Source of the DNA: an uncultured Candidatus Saccharibacteria bacterium
GTDB lineage: Bacteria; Patescibacteriota; Dojkabacteria; J137
Length of the DNA: 64,000 bases
Assembly: GCA_965230975.1 (NCBI GenBank)
Contig: OZ246402.1
Span: forward strand, 37,771-101,770
Direction: 5' to 3'
Both the position numbers and the translations under genes were made by a program. Within the stretch, counting starts at the first letter, position 1. Each line of letters starts with the position of its first letter. Of the stretch, positions 48,232-56,965 are shown piece by piece. The notes under the pieces were generated by a model, which worked only from the letters and a program-made list of their open reading frames with translations, was not told the DNA's origin and ran no database searches.

Positions 48232-49548
48232 TTAAGGCATTAAACCCTTAAAGAATCTAGTCACTTTACTCATTACACCTGGGCCTTGCTTAGCATTAGA
48301 TGTTACAGAGAAGCTATTGTCACCTCTGTAAACTTCATCGTGCAATGCATACAACACCAAACCTTGAGAGGATGCATAAGCCGGTGAAGAGATTCCGTCG
48401 GTTAAGCCTTCTAAACCCCTTGGAGAACCGATTCTTGCAGGCACTTTGAAAACCTTTTTAGCAATTGCGGTAACACCAGGAATTAAAGCCGTACCTCCGG
48501 TTAAAACAACACCTGCTGGCAATTGGTATTCATAACCTGCTGATTCAATGTTTTCTGCAACAAGTTCAAAAATCTCTGTTATTCTAGCCTCCACAATTTC
48601 GTTAAACTGTCTTCTAGAAATTGTTTTAACACCTTCTATACCTAAAGGGGTAACATCTAGTATGTCTGATTTTTTTGTTGGTTTTTCTCTTGAGTCATCT
48701 TCAGAAGTTGTATCTTTTTCGATAGTAGCTTTTTTTTCTGCCCGTTTTGAGCTTATATCTGCACTTTTAAATAGCTCCTCTGCGTGAATCTTAACCTTTT
48801 CTGCATCATCTAATTGAAGTCTTAAACCAGCAGCTAAATCTCTTGTAACGTTACTACCGCCGTATGGAATTGCAGTACTATATGTAACAGCATCTTCTAC
48901 GAAAGTTGTAATTGAAACAGTGCCACCACCAATATCTAAAAGCAAGACACCTAGTTCTTTTTCTGTTGGAGTTAATATAGATTGAGCAGCAGACCAGCCA
49001 CTAAAAACAATGCCATCTATTCTTAAACCAATCATTTGTACGCATTTTTCAAGATTATGTTTTGAAGTAACTGGCGCAGAAATTATATGAGAGTCTACTT
49101 CTAATCTTGAACCTGTCATTCCTATTGGGACTTTTATACCACTTTGTTGATCTACAACAAATTCTCTTGGGATTAAGTGAATAATTTCTCTTGTAGGAGG
49201 TATAGCTACAGTTCTTGCCTGCTCTAGAGCCCTGTAGACATCATCTGCAGAAATTTCATTATCTGAAATTGCAACCACACCTTTATTGTTATTTGAAATT
49301 ATTTGTTTACCGTTTATTGTTACATATGCAGATGAAACAGTTAGACCGGCCATTCTTTCAGCTCCGGATAATGCAGATGCAATTGAGTTTACTGCCTCAT
49401 CTATGCCAGTAATTTCACCTTTTTTTATTCCGTAAGCCGGATAGGAGGATTCTCCTATTACCTTTGCTTTATTTCCCTCTTCTACTACAGCAATAACTGC
49501 TGTTACTTTACTTGAACCGATATCTATTGCCGTGATTATATTCGCCAT
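48232..49548 (-). CDS. ftsA: Cell division protein FtsA
   Basis: AIDIGSSKV, PIGMTGSRLE, LDIGGGT, VLTGGTA, C-terminal amphipathic helix SKVTRFFKGLMP. Confidence 0.97.
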   Translation of the reverse strand: MANIITAIDIGSSKVTAVIAVVEEGNKAKVIGESSYPAYGIKKGEITGIDEAVNSIASALSGAERMAGLTVSSAYVTINGKQIISNNNKGVVAISDNEISADDVYRALEQARTVAIPPTREIIHLIPREFVVDQQSGIKVPIGMTGSRLEVDSHIISAPVTSKHNLEKCVQMIGLRIDGIVFSGWSAAQSILTPTEKELGVLLLDIGGGTVSITTFVEDAVTYSTAIPYGGSNVTRDLAAGLRLQLDDAEKVKIHAEELFKSADISSKRAEKKATIEKDTTSEDDSREKPTKKSDILDVTPLGIEGVKTISRRQFNEIVEARITEIFELVAENIESAGYEYQLPAGVVLTGGTALIPGVTAIAKKVFKVPARIGSPRGLEGLTDGISSPAYASSQGLVLYALHDEVYRGDNSFSVTSNAKQGPGVMSKVTRFFKGLMP

Positions 49549-49645
49549 AAAATTAACATAAATTTCTACTTTATAATTGTAGCATTAAAAATTCTCAATA
49601 GTATCGATAAGTTTACAATCTGAGCAAAATGATTGCAAGATTAAT

Positions 49646-50818
49646 TTAACGCGTTATTGAATATGTATCACTTCTTAAATCAATTATTTTTGCAGACCCA
49701 AAAAGTCCATAGTATATAATGGTATCCATCTCTTTAATTTGTGATTCCAAGGGTCTTCTTAACGAAAGTCTAATTAGCTTATTATCTTGAGAATACAAAT
49801 CTAGAGTAAATTTTGTAGACAAAAAATTTCTATTTAAGGGAATACCCCTGGCTTGAATGCCATCAATTAGCGCAATTGATAGATTTACATCATTACTGTC
49901 CATAGAATCTATATAATACGATTCAATTAATGGCAATGAATTATAAACACTTTTAGAGTGCAAATCTCGTATCGATTGAAAGTATTCAACAACCCTATCT
50001 TCTGCCGACTTTTTTAAATTGTTATAAATTGCAGTTTTCTCTTCAAGTGGAACCTTTGTCCAGTCAATTGTTAACTTCTCTTCATCTGTCTTACCCTCTA
50101 TATACTTTTCTTTTATTTCATCTGAATCTAAATTTTGCTCATCTTTTAAAAGAGTTTGCTCAAATTCTGTCAGATTGATTTTTTCAAACCCACTAAACAC
50201 GCCTATCTCCCTAGCATTTACATCTAGCAAGGATACATTGTTTAGATTTGAAAATATAATTACGGGATCCCCCTGCAGTGCTTCGATTTCAACTGTATTA
50301 GGTAATTGCTTATATAAATAAATTCTTTCAATTTCAGGCACTTTTTCTTTTATTTTTCCAAATATCTCCTGCTCATTAATTAAGTAAATATTTTGTCCTT
50401 TATACCCTTCTACTGCACTTTTAATAGTTTCAAGCGCCTCTTTTGGAGCAATTATTTGAATCTCTTTTATATTAAATGCACTGTTTCGAACAATTAATAG
50501 CACTCCCCCAAACATTACTATAGAAAATATCACCAAAAGATTTCTAATTGGCAAAACCAATTTAAAATCTTTTAACCTGTCTCTTAAAATCGCTTTTTTT
50601 CTATTTTGAGCTACATTAGAATATTTAGCAGATATACTTTGAGGTTTGTAGCTTGAATCTTTTTTAAATGCAGAAAAGATCCCTTTTTTAGTTTTTCTTG
50701 AACTTGCTGTAGCAAGTCCACTATTTGTCTTTAAAACTTTTTTATCTTTGCGCTTAAAAATACTTTTAAACCTAGATTCTTTTTTGTTTTTATATATAGG
50801 TCTTTCAAACTTTGACAT
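49646..50818 (-). CDS. ftsQ: FtsQ/DivIB-like protein
   Basis: Basic cytoplasmic N-terminus, one TM, POTRA-like FNIKEIQI..KQLPNTVEI, C-terminal IDLR; upstream of ftsA. Confidence 0.75.
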   Translation of the reverse strand: MSKFERPIYKNKKESRFKSIFKRKDKKVLKTNSGLATASSRKTKKGIFSAFKKDSSYKPQSISAKYSNVAQNRKKAILRDRLKDFKLVLPIRNLLVIFSIVMFGGVLLIVRNSAFNIKEIQIIAPKEALETIKSAVEGYKGQNIYLINEQEIFGKIKEKVPEIERIYLYKQLPNTVEIEALQGDPVIIFSNLNNVSLLDVNAREIGVFSGFEKINLTEFEQTLLKDEQNLDSDEIKEKYIEGKTDEEKLTIDWTKVPLEEKTAIYNNLKKSAEDRVVEYFQSIRDLHSKSVYNSLPLIESYYIDSMDSNDVNLSIALIDGIQARGIPLNRNFLSTKFTLDLYSQDNKLIRLSLRRPLESQIKEMDTIIYYGLFGSAKIIDLRSDTYSITR

Positions 50819-50885
50819 ACAAATATTCTACATGTAAGTTTTAAGTATTGAAACAACATTAATAATTTAAGTGTTACAAGGGAAT

Positions 50886-50913
50886 AAAAAAACCTCCCGA
50901 TGGGGAGGTTTTT
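50886..50913 (-). terminator. Intrinsic terminator after rpsO
   Basis: AAAAACCTCCC-CATC-GGGAGGTTTTTTT on the minus strand. Confidence 0.88.
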
Positions 50914-50931
50914 AAATTTTTTAAAACTATT

Positions 50932-51222
50932 TTACAAACCCATTTCTTTTAAGAATGTAGCTACTGCCTCTTGATTATCTTCTGTTCTAGTATAGTAGTT
51001 AATTAACTTTCTTCTTTCACCAACCAACTTTAATAAACCTCTTCTAGAATGTTTATCTTTTTTGTGAGATTTTAAGTGATCTGCTAAGTATTTAATTCTT
51101 TCTGTAAGAATGGCGATTTGAACTCTTGGTGAGCCAGTATCTTTTTCATGAGTACCATACTTTGAAATTATTTCACTCTTTTGAGTCTTTTCTTGATTAA
51201 ATTTTGACTTTTTACTTGCCAT
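50932..51222 (-). CDS. rpsO: 30S ribosomal protein S15
   Basis: [37 protein letters not shown]. Confidence 0.98.
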   Translation of the reverse strand: MASKKSKFNQEKTQKSEIISKYGTHEKDTGSPRVQIAILTERIKYLADHLKSHKKDKHSRRGLLKLVGERRKLINYYTRTEDNQEAVATFLKEMGL

Positions 51223-51288
51223 ATTCTTAAATTAAGTAATTAATATTTATCGGTTATAGATTATACTTGAAAAATAACTCAAATACAA

Positions 51289-51588
51289 CTAGCTTTGGCT
51301 CTTTCTGCCAAGTAAACCCGACATGTTTTTAAATAATAACATCGGATTGTCTAAATAACCATTTACGCTTTTAACAACCCTGGTTAAAGTTTTAATAATT
51401 TCTCTAATATTTCTATAGTCTTCTAACGCCAAATCTGACAATTCTCCAATATTTGCAACTGGTCTTTTAACCTCTTTAACAATATCTACCGTGCTTAATA
51501 TAAATTTTATTAAAGCATAAGATATACCAATTATCGAAAATGAGAATGAGCCCGCTAATAATAGTTTTACAATATCATCTACCGTCAT
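51289..51588 (-). CDS. Small membrane-anchored helical protein
   Basis: N-terminal TM followed by an amphipathic helical region. Confidence 0.65.
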   Translation of the reverse strand: MTVDDIVKLLLAGSFSFSIIGISYALIKFILSTVDIVKEVKRPVANIGELSDLALEDYRNIREIIKTLTRVVKSVNGYLDNPMLLFKNMSGLLGRKSQS

Positions 51589-51679
51589 ATTTTTTATTTA
51601 ACCAATACAAGTATATACTGTGTCAAAATATGTTACAAACTAATTTGATTAATTACTCTATTTTTGAAAGAATGGATTT

Positions 51680-53293
51680 ATGAAAGAAATAATTTTTTTA
51701 GGGTTAATATTCACTCTCCCAGCTTGGTTTATTATTATTCGAAACTTCTTATGGGATTTGTCTTTTTGGCAAAAGAAAAACTACTCTGTTGAAAAGTTTA
51801 CTCAAAATATTTTATGGGACATCGATAAAGACTCTGTTTCCCACTTTCTTATTTTGGTTAAATTTCTTTGTTTAGCATTGTTAACAATTGGGTTCCAATA
51901 CTTTGTAGGTGGGGTTATAGGAATCGCCACACTACTTATTATTTGGAGCTTTGAGGCTTTTTGGAGATTAGAGTTTGTATTTATTACTAAAGAACCTAAA
52001 TTAGACATTCTTAAACCCAGAAACTTAATATCTTTACTTACTTTTATAACAATACTGTTTTATTCGTTTTTATGGATCTCTTTACCCTTCTCTTATTTAG
52101 TAGATACAGGTAACAATGTAAACTACGCCATGCAACTGGTTTATGGTATTCCAAGTGCATATATCTACCTGTTAATTATTACTGCAATCTTTTGCTTGTT
52201 TGATTTAGGCACCTCCCTTATCACTGCATTAATTCAAATATTTATAAACAAGTTAGTATATATAAGAAGACTTGTAAAACTCTTTCTATTTCAAAACAAA
52301 GTAGCCAAACTTAGAGATGGAAATAGAATTATCCTCAATATTGGAGATACCCATTACGAAATCGCAAAACTTTTGCAAATTGGCCTTGAAAATATAAAAC
52401 AAATAGATGTTACAGACCCAAGACAAGTTTTGGAATTTATTATAGATAATAAAATCAAAAATCAAACGCTTTTTGTAAGTTGCAATGGTGATATAAAAAA
52501 TATAATTTCAACCCTACAACCCGAAATAGTATTTCTAAATTCAACCGAGATAATTTTGAGTAGTATTTTAAAGTATGTTCCTGCAAGAACAAAAGTAATC
52601 GCAAATAAAGATATTTTTGCCACAGATCAAATTACCAAGCTACACAAAGGGGAATATTCATTCTTTTCTAGCAAAAATAGCAAAGCAATCTCTAATCAAA
52701 ATATAATAACTCCTAGGTTTATAGAAATAGAAACAACAGGTATTAGGGCAACTTATTTAATAAATTCTAAAGAAGAATCCGTACATTTAAAAACCTTTAA
52801 CAAGGAGTATGTATCTTACGTTGCAGCAACACTTTGCATTTGTCAGGAACTCGAACGTGACAGTACTGGCTTATTAAGAAATATTGAGTCAGGGTTTTCT
52901 AAACTTTCAAAGGAGCTATTTATAGAAGGAGATAATGATACTAAAATTTATAATTTTGAAAATCACGAATTAAATTATTTGCAATTTGTTAAAAATATAA
53001 ATTCTGCTTGCAGACAAAAAGGTACTAACAATCTAATTGTTTTATCAGATGGGTTAGGTATTAAAAATATACCTGAAGGATTTTTTGAATGTGTTAAGGA
53101 ATGCGTAGATTGTTTTATAACAAATGACCAAAAACTTAACAAAGAACTTGACAAAAGGGGTATTAAAAATTTTTCTGCCAATAATTTAAAAAGCATGACT
53201 TTTTTGGCAAGAAGACATTCAAACAAAGGTGATATTTTCTTAATAGAAGGCACTTTTAAAGATTCTATTATTCAAGCTTTAAAGAAAAACTAA
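51680..53293 (+). CDS. Membrane-anchored degenerate Mur-ligase-like (MurF-like) protein
   Basis: N-terminal TMs with WQKKNYS; LQPEIVFL, IEGDNDTKIY, LIVLSDG, KGDIFLIEG resemble Mur middle/C domains; no P-loop. Confidence 0.5.
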   Translation: MKEIIFLGLIFTLPAWFIIIRNFLWDLSFWQKKNYSVEKFTQNILWDIDKDSVSHFLILVKFLCLALLTIGFQYFVGGVIGIATLLIIWSFEAFWRLEFVFITKEPKLDILKPRNLISLLTFITILFYSFLWISLPFSYLVDTGNNVNYAMQLVYGIPSAYIYLLIITAIFCLFDLGTSLITALIQIFINKLVYIRRLVKLFLFQNKVAKLRDGNRIILNIGDTHYEIAKLLQIGLENIKQIDVTDPRQVLEFIIDNKIKNQTLFVSCNGDIKNIISTLQPEIVFLNSTEIILSSILKYVPARTKVIANKDIFATDQITKLHKGEYSFFSSKNSKAISNQNIITPRFIEIETTGIRATYLINSKEESVHLKTFNKEYVSYVAATLCICQELERDSTGLLRNIESGFSKLSKELFIEGDNDTKIYNFENHELNYLQFVKNINSACRQKGTNNLIVLSDGLGIKNIPEGFFECVKECVDCFITNDQKLNKELDKRGIKNFSANNLKSMTFLARRHSNKGDIFLIEGTFKDSIIQALKKN

Positions 53294-53400
53294 ACTTTGA
53301 CTTAGTTTTAAATTTAGCTATAATAACTAAAATAAGATTATTTGCATCTAAAAGTAATCTTCAATTTTTTGAGTAATCCAAACTTTTTTAAATAGATAAA

Positions 53401-53766
53401 ATGAAGAAAACAAAAGACGGTAAAGTTATTGCATCACTAACAGAAGTTAAAAACAAAACGGGGGATATTTTTGCATTGGCAGATGAGTATGGAGAGGTTT
53501 TACTAACCTCCTACAATAAACCAAGATACAAACTTGTTAAACTCAATGTATCTTCTCTTTTACAAGAAGAAGATGACGAACCAAAGTATGTCCAAGAAAG
53601 AGCATCTGTAAAAGCAAAACCCGAACCTAAGGTAGAAGACGAATTGCACACAGAAAGCCCTGCCGATCAAAAGCTTATCGATAAAGTTTTTGTTATTAAT
53701 CCTTGGAATAGAGAATCCGAAGTTGAAAAACAATTTGTTATTAAAGCAACTAAACCATTAATTTAA
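53401..53766 (+). CDS. Phd/YefM-family antitoxin-like protein
   Basis: ASLTEVKNKTGDIF...EVLLTSYNKPRYKLV N-terminal fold; acidic disordered tail. Confidence 0.75.
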   Translation: MKKTKDGKVIASLTEVKNKTGDIFALADEYGEVLLTSYNKPRYKLVKLNVSSLLQEEDDEPKYVQERASVKAKPEPKVEDELHTESPADQKLIDKVFVINPWNRESEVEKQFVIKATKPLI

Positions 53767-53783
53767 TACTTAATTAACATATT

Positions 53784-54158
53784 ATGAAAACCACAATAGT
53801 TGTTGATACAGGAATTATTTTAGAATACCTTAAAACTGGAAAAGGTGTTTTGCCAGATGTTTACGAAAAGTATTCTATGATTATTCCATCTGTTAGCGTT
53901 ACAGAAGTTTTAGCAAGTAAAACATTTAGCGATAAAGGCTTAGAAGAAGAGGTTGTAAGTTTTTTGCATAAATATTTTAAGATAGAAGAAGTTTCAGAAA
54001 AAGTTGCTCATAAGGCATCTTTCATTGTTAGAGAGTATGGCGTAAATTTAATGACGGCCCTTATTGCAGCTACAGCAATAGTTGGCAATCACAAACTTTT
54101 AACCGAAGAAAAGAAACACTTTGGCAAAATTGCAGGTGTTGAAATGCTAGAGTTGTAA
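53784..54158 (+). CDS. PIN-domain (VapC-like) protein
   Basis: IVVDTGIILEYL, SVTEVL, ALIAATA, LLTEEKKHF. Confidence 0.85.
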   Translation: MKTTIVVDTGIILEYLKTGKGVLPDVYEKYSMIIPSVSVTEVLASKTFSDKGLEEEVVSFLHKYFKIEEVSEKVAHKASFIVREYGVNLMTALIAATAIVGNHKLLTEEKKHFGKIAGVEMLEL

Positions 54159-54165
54159 AGATTAG

Positions 54166-54591
54166 CTAGCTTTTATGTCTAGCGCCATAACTTGAACCTA
54201 CAACGGTGCTTACAATTTTTTGAGCTATTTCCCTAACAGAATCTAAATCACGCCCACTTTTCTCAACTATCTCCTCTGCAATTCTAAACCCTAGTAAACG
54301 CAATGCAATATCTAGATTAGCAGAATCCTCTTTAAGTTGTTTAGGGATCTTAGGATTATAAAATTGACCATTAAACGAGAATACTTCTCGTAGTCTATCG
54401 TCTTTCTTAATAAGTTCTGTATAATATCTGCCCATTACTTCTCTTAACTTTTGATCTGAAAATTCACCAGTTTCATTTATAGTGGGTAAATCGCTTGGCA
54501 AATCTAAGTTATAGAAGATTTTGTAGATCTCTAATCTATTGCCCTCTTCAAAACTGGACGGGAGTTCTTCTAAAGGTTGATTATTCATCAT
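54166..54591 (-). CDS. Hypothetical protein
   Basis: 141-aa ORF; no motif recognised. Confidence 0.6.
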   Translation of the reverse strand: MMNNQPLEELPSSFEEGNRLEIYKIFYNLDLPSDLPTINETGEFSDQKLREVMGRYYTELIKKDDRLREVFSFNGQFYNPKIPKQLKEDSANLDIALRLLGFRIAEEIVEKSGRDLDSVREIAQKIVSTVVGSSYGARHKS

Positions 54592-54704
54592 GAGTATATA
54601 TAACTATTAACGCAATAGTTTATCACAGTAATATGGATTTTTATAAATTTTCTATTACCTGATTTAATTTCAAATACACTTGTGATAAAATCACATGCAT
54701 TAAC

Positions 54705-54778
54705 CGGAGAGTAGTTCAATTGGCTAGAATGCATGTTTTGGGAACATGAGGTTGCAGGTTCGAGTCCTGTCTCTCCGA
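54705..54778 (+). tRNA. tRNA-Pro (TGG), CCA not encoded
   Basis: CGGAGAG/CTCTCCG acceptor, CATGT-TT-TGG-GA-ACATG anticodon arm, TTCGAGT T-loop. Confidence 0.97.
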
Positions 54779-54841
54779 TTTAAGCTACAAGCGATACGCC
54801 AATACTCCCTAAGAACACCAAAAGTATTCCTAAATATTGAA

Positions 54842-55507
54842 CTATTTTTTATTTTCGCTTTTCCACCTTTCTATTTGAGCATGGTTGCCAGATATTAATA
54901 CATCTGGAACGGGCCACTCTTCACCTTCGTCGGTTTTAAAAGTAGATGGCCTTGTGAACTGAGGGTACTCTGCTTCATCTAAAACATTATTTGATTCATC
55001 TATTAAAGAATTTGGATTACCTAAAACTCCTGGTATTAGTCTTGCCATGCTATCTAACAAAATCATAGATGCAAGTTCTCCGCCCGAAAGAACGTAGTTG
55101 CCAATAGAAATTTCTTCATCAATTAAGTTTTCTACAACTCTGTGGTCAACACCTTCATAGTGCCCACAAATTATTAAAATCTCTTCAAACATAGATACAT
55201 GAGTTTTAGCTAATTCCTGATTCCAAATTGTTCCTTTTGCACTGGTTAGGATAACTTTTTTCTTTGGGTCATTTTTTGGGTAAAACCCCAAGTCTTTTAT
55301 TGCTTTGTAAATTGGTTCTACCTTCATAAGCATTCCAGGATTGCCACCAAATGGCCTGTCGTCCGCAGTGCCGTGTTTATCTGTAGCCCAGTCTCTTAAG
55401 TTGTGAATTTGAATTTCTATTAAACCTGCCTTTTGAGCACGCTTGATAATACTCTCGTCTAAATAAGAGAAAGAATTTGGGAATAACGTTAGTATGTGAA
55501 ATTTCAT
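54842..55507 (-). CDS. trmD: tRNA (guanine37-N1)-methyltransferase
   Basis: ILTLFP, DDRPFGG.PGML, ICGHYEGVD, SIGNYVLSGGE, EYPQFTRP. Confidence 0.97.
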   Translation of the reverse strand: MKFHILTLFPNSFSYLDESIIKRAQKAGLIEIQIHNLRDWATDKHGTADDRPFGGNPGMLMKVEPIYKAIKDLGFYPKNDPKKKVILTSAKGTIWNQELAKTHVSMFEEILIICGHYEGVDHRVVENLIDEEISIGNYVLSGGELASMILLDSMARLIPGVLGNPNSLIDESNNVLDEAEYPQFTRPSTFKTDEGEEWPVPDVLISGNHAQIERWKSENKK

Positions 55508-55614
55508 ATATGGATTATACCCTTTTTAGTAGATATCTTCACTTCATTATAATAGTGGAATGTTGCCAAAAAAACTTAGTGAGTGATAATATAGCCCTAA
55601 TTAAAAAGATAACT

Positions 55615-56037
55615 ATGAATGATAACGCCGACAAACAACCTTTACCAGATGCTGAATTATCTATAAGATGGGAAAGAATCATGGAGACCCATAGACGAAG
55701 AAGGGCATCTTTGACACCTGCCCTATTAAAGATTACTCAACCCACAGCGGATCGACTTACATCCCTAGGATTTACTTTTGAAGGAGAGATAGTAGATGAA
55801 TTACCAGAATCAGCACACGAACTTTCCGATGTAGCACAGTCATTTATAAATGCATTTAACGAAAGTAGTATTACTCTAGACAACCCAGGTAACCTCAATC
55901 GAAGAGTGTTAATTAAGCAACTCTTGTTAAAGTTTATTCAAGATAATAGTTTAGAATCACTATACGAGAGCGACGAAGATCCTTTAATTATGCAAGATGT
56001 TATCGATATAATGCGTAATCTTATATCCGAAGCCTAA
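55615..56037 (+). CDS. Hypothetical protein
   Basis: Probable ATG at 55615 (MNDNADKQPLP); the track start overlaps trmD. Confidence 0.6.
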   Translation: MNDNADKQPLPDAELSIRWERIMETHRRRRASLTPALLKITQPTADRLTSLGFTFEGEIVDELPESAHELSDVAQSFINAFNESSITLDNPGNLNRRVLIKQLLLKFIQDNSLESLYESDEDPLIMQDVIDIMRNLISEA

Positions 56038-56186
56038 TCTGTTAAATTATGGATTATACCAAATTTTACCTCTCAGAATTCGTTTACCGCAAGCTTAGCC
56101 CATCGCTTGCAAAGGCTACCTCTTGATAAATATACTTTAAATTTACCCCTCATTATAACTAACTAATTGCCATTCACACATTCTAT

Positions 56187-56855
56187 TTAATTTTGGAATT
56201 CACTTTTTAAAGCTGCATACAATCTTTCAAGTAAAGGCAACAAAATTTCTCTTGCAGTAGATTGTAAAGCAAAAAGATCAGAATCACCCATTGAATTCTC
56301 TGTAACTAAAGATATAAAACCTGATAATGTCCTTAAAAACTCATAAAACTTTTCATTATCTGACAAAACATAATCTACGGTATCTCGCGCTTCTGGATCG
56401 GATGTAAACACAACATACAAAAAGTCTTCCATCCCAATATGATTTAACATATTTCTGTAAGCAGAAGATTTACCACCAGAAATAGAACAATCATCAATTA
56501 CCAACGCTCTCTTTGACTTATCAAATTCAGAAAATCCTTTGGTAATTTCAACATCTAATCTACCTACCCTGGTTTCTAAGTCAGCACCACCCAAATCTTT
56601 ATAAACTATCCTGTTAATCTTATCTCCCCAAAAAACAATCTTAATTCCCCGTAACTCATCTGCTAAAAAAGTGAGAAACATTTCAACTAGTAGGTTACTT
56701 TTTCCAGTTAAAATTATGTATTCGGGAGAATAATCTTTAACCAAATGCTTTAATACTATTAAGGATTCTTTTATTTTGGCAACCTGGTACGAAAGGTCGG
56801 ATTCTAACAATACTCTATCGTCCAGTCTATAATTATAGAAACCTATCTGTTGCAT
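56187..56855 (-). CDS. Phosphoribosyltransferase-fold hypothetical protein
   Basis: ALVIDDCSISGGKS resembles the PRPP-binding loop. Confidence 0.55.
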   Translation of the reverse strand: MQQIGFYNYRLDDRVLLESDLSYQVAKIKESLIVLKHLVKDYSPEYIILTGKSNLLVEMFLTFLADELRGIKIVFWGDKINRIVYKDLGGADLETRVGRLDVEITKGFSEFDKSKRALVIDDCSISGGKSSAYRNMLNHIGMEDFLYVVFTSDPEARDTVDYVLSDNEKFYEFLRTLSGFISLVTENSMGDSDLFALQSTAREILLPLLERLYAALKSEFQN

Positions 56856-56965
56856 ATTTTTTATTAAGATAATAGCAAATCTCTAGCTTGGTTTATTAAT
56901 ACAAACTACCGTAGGTGGCTCTGAATACTAGGTGATTGGATACCACTTCCCATTATCGTAAATTA

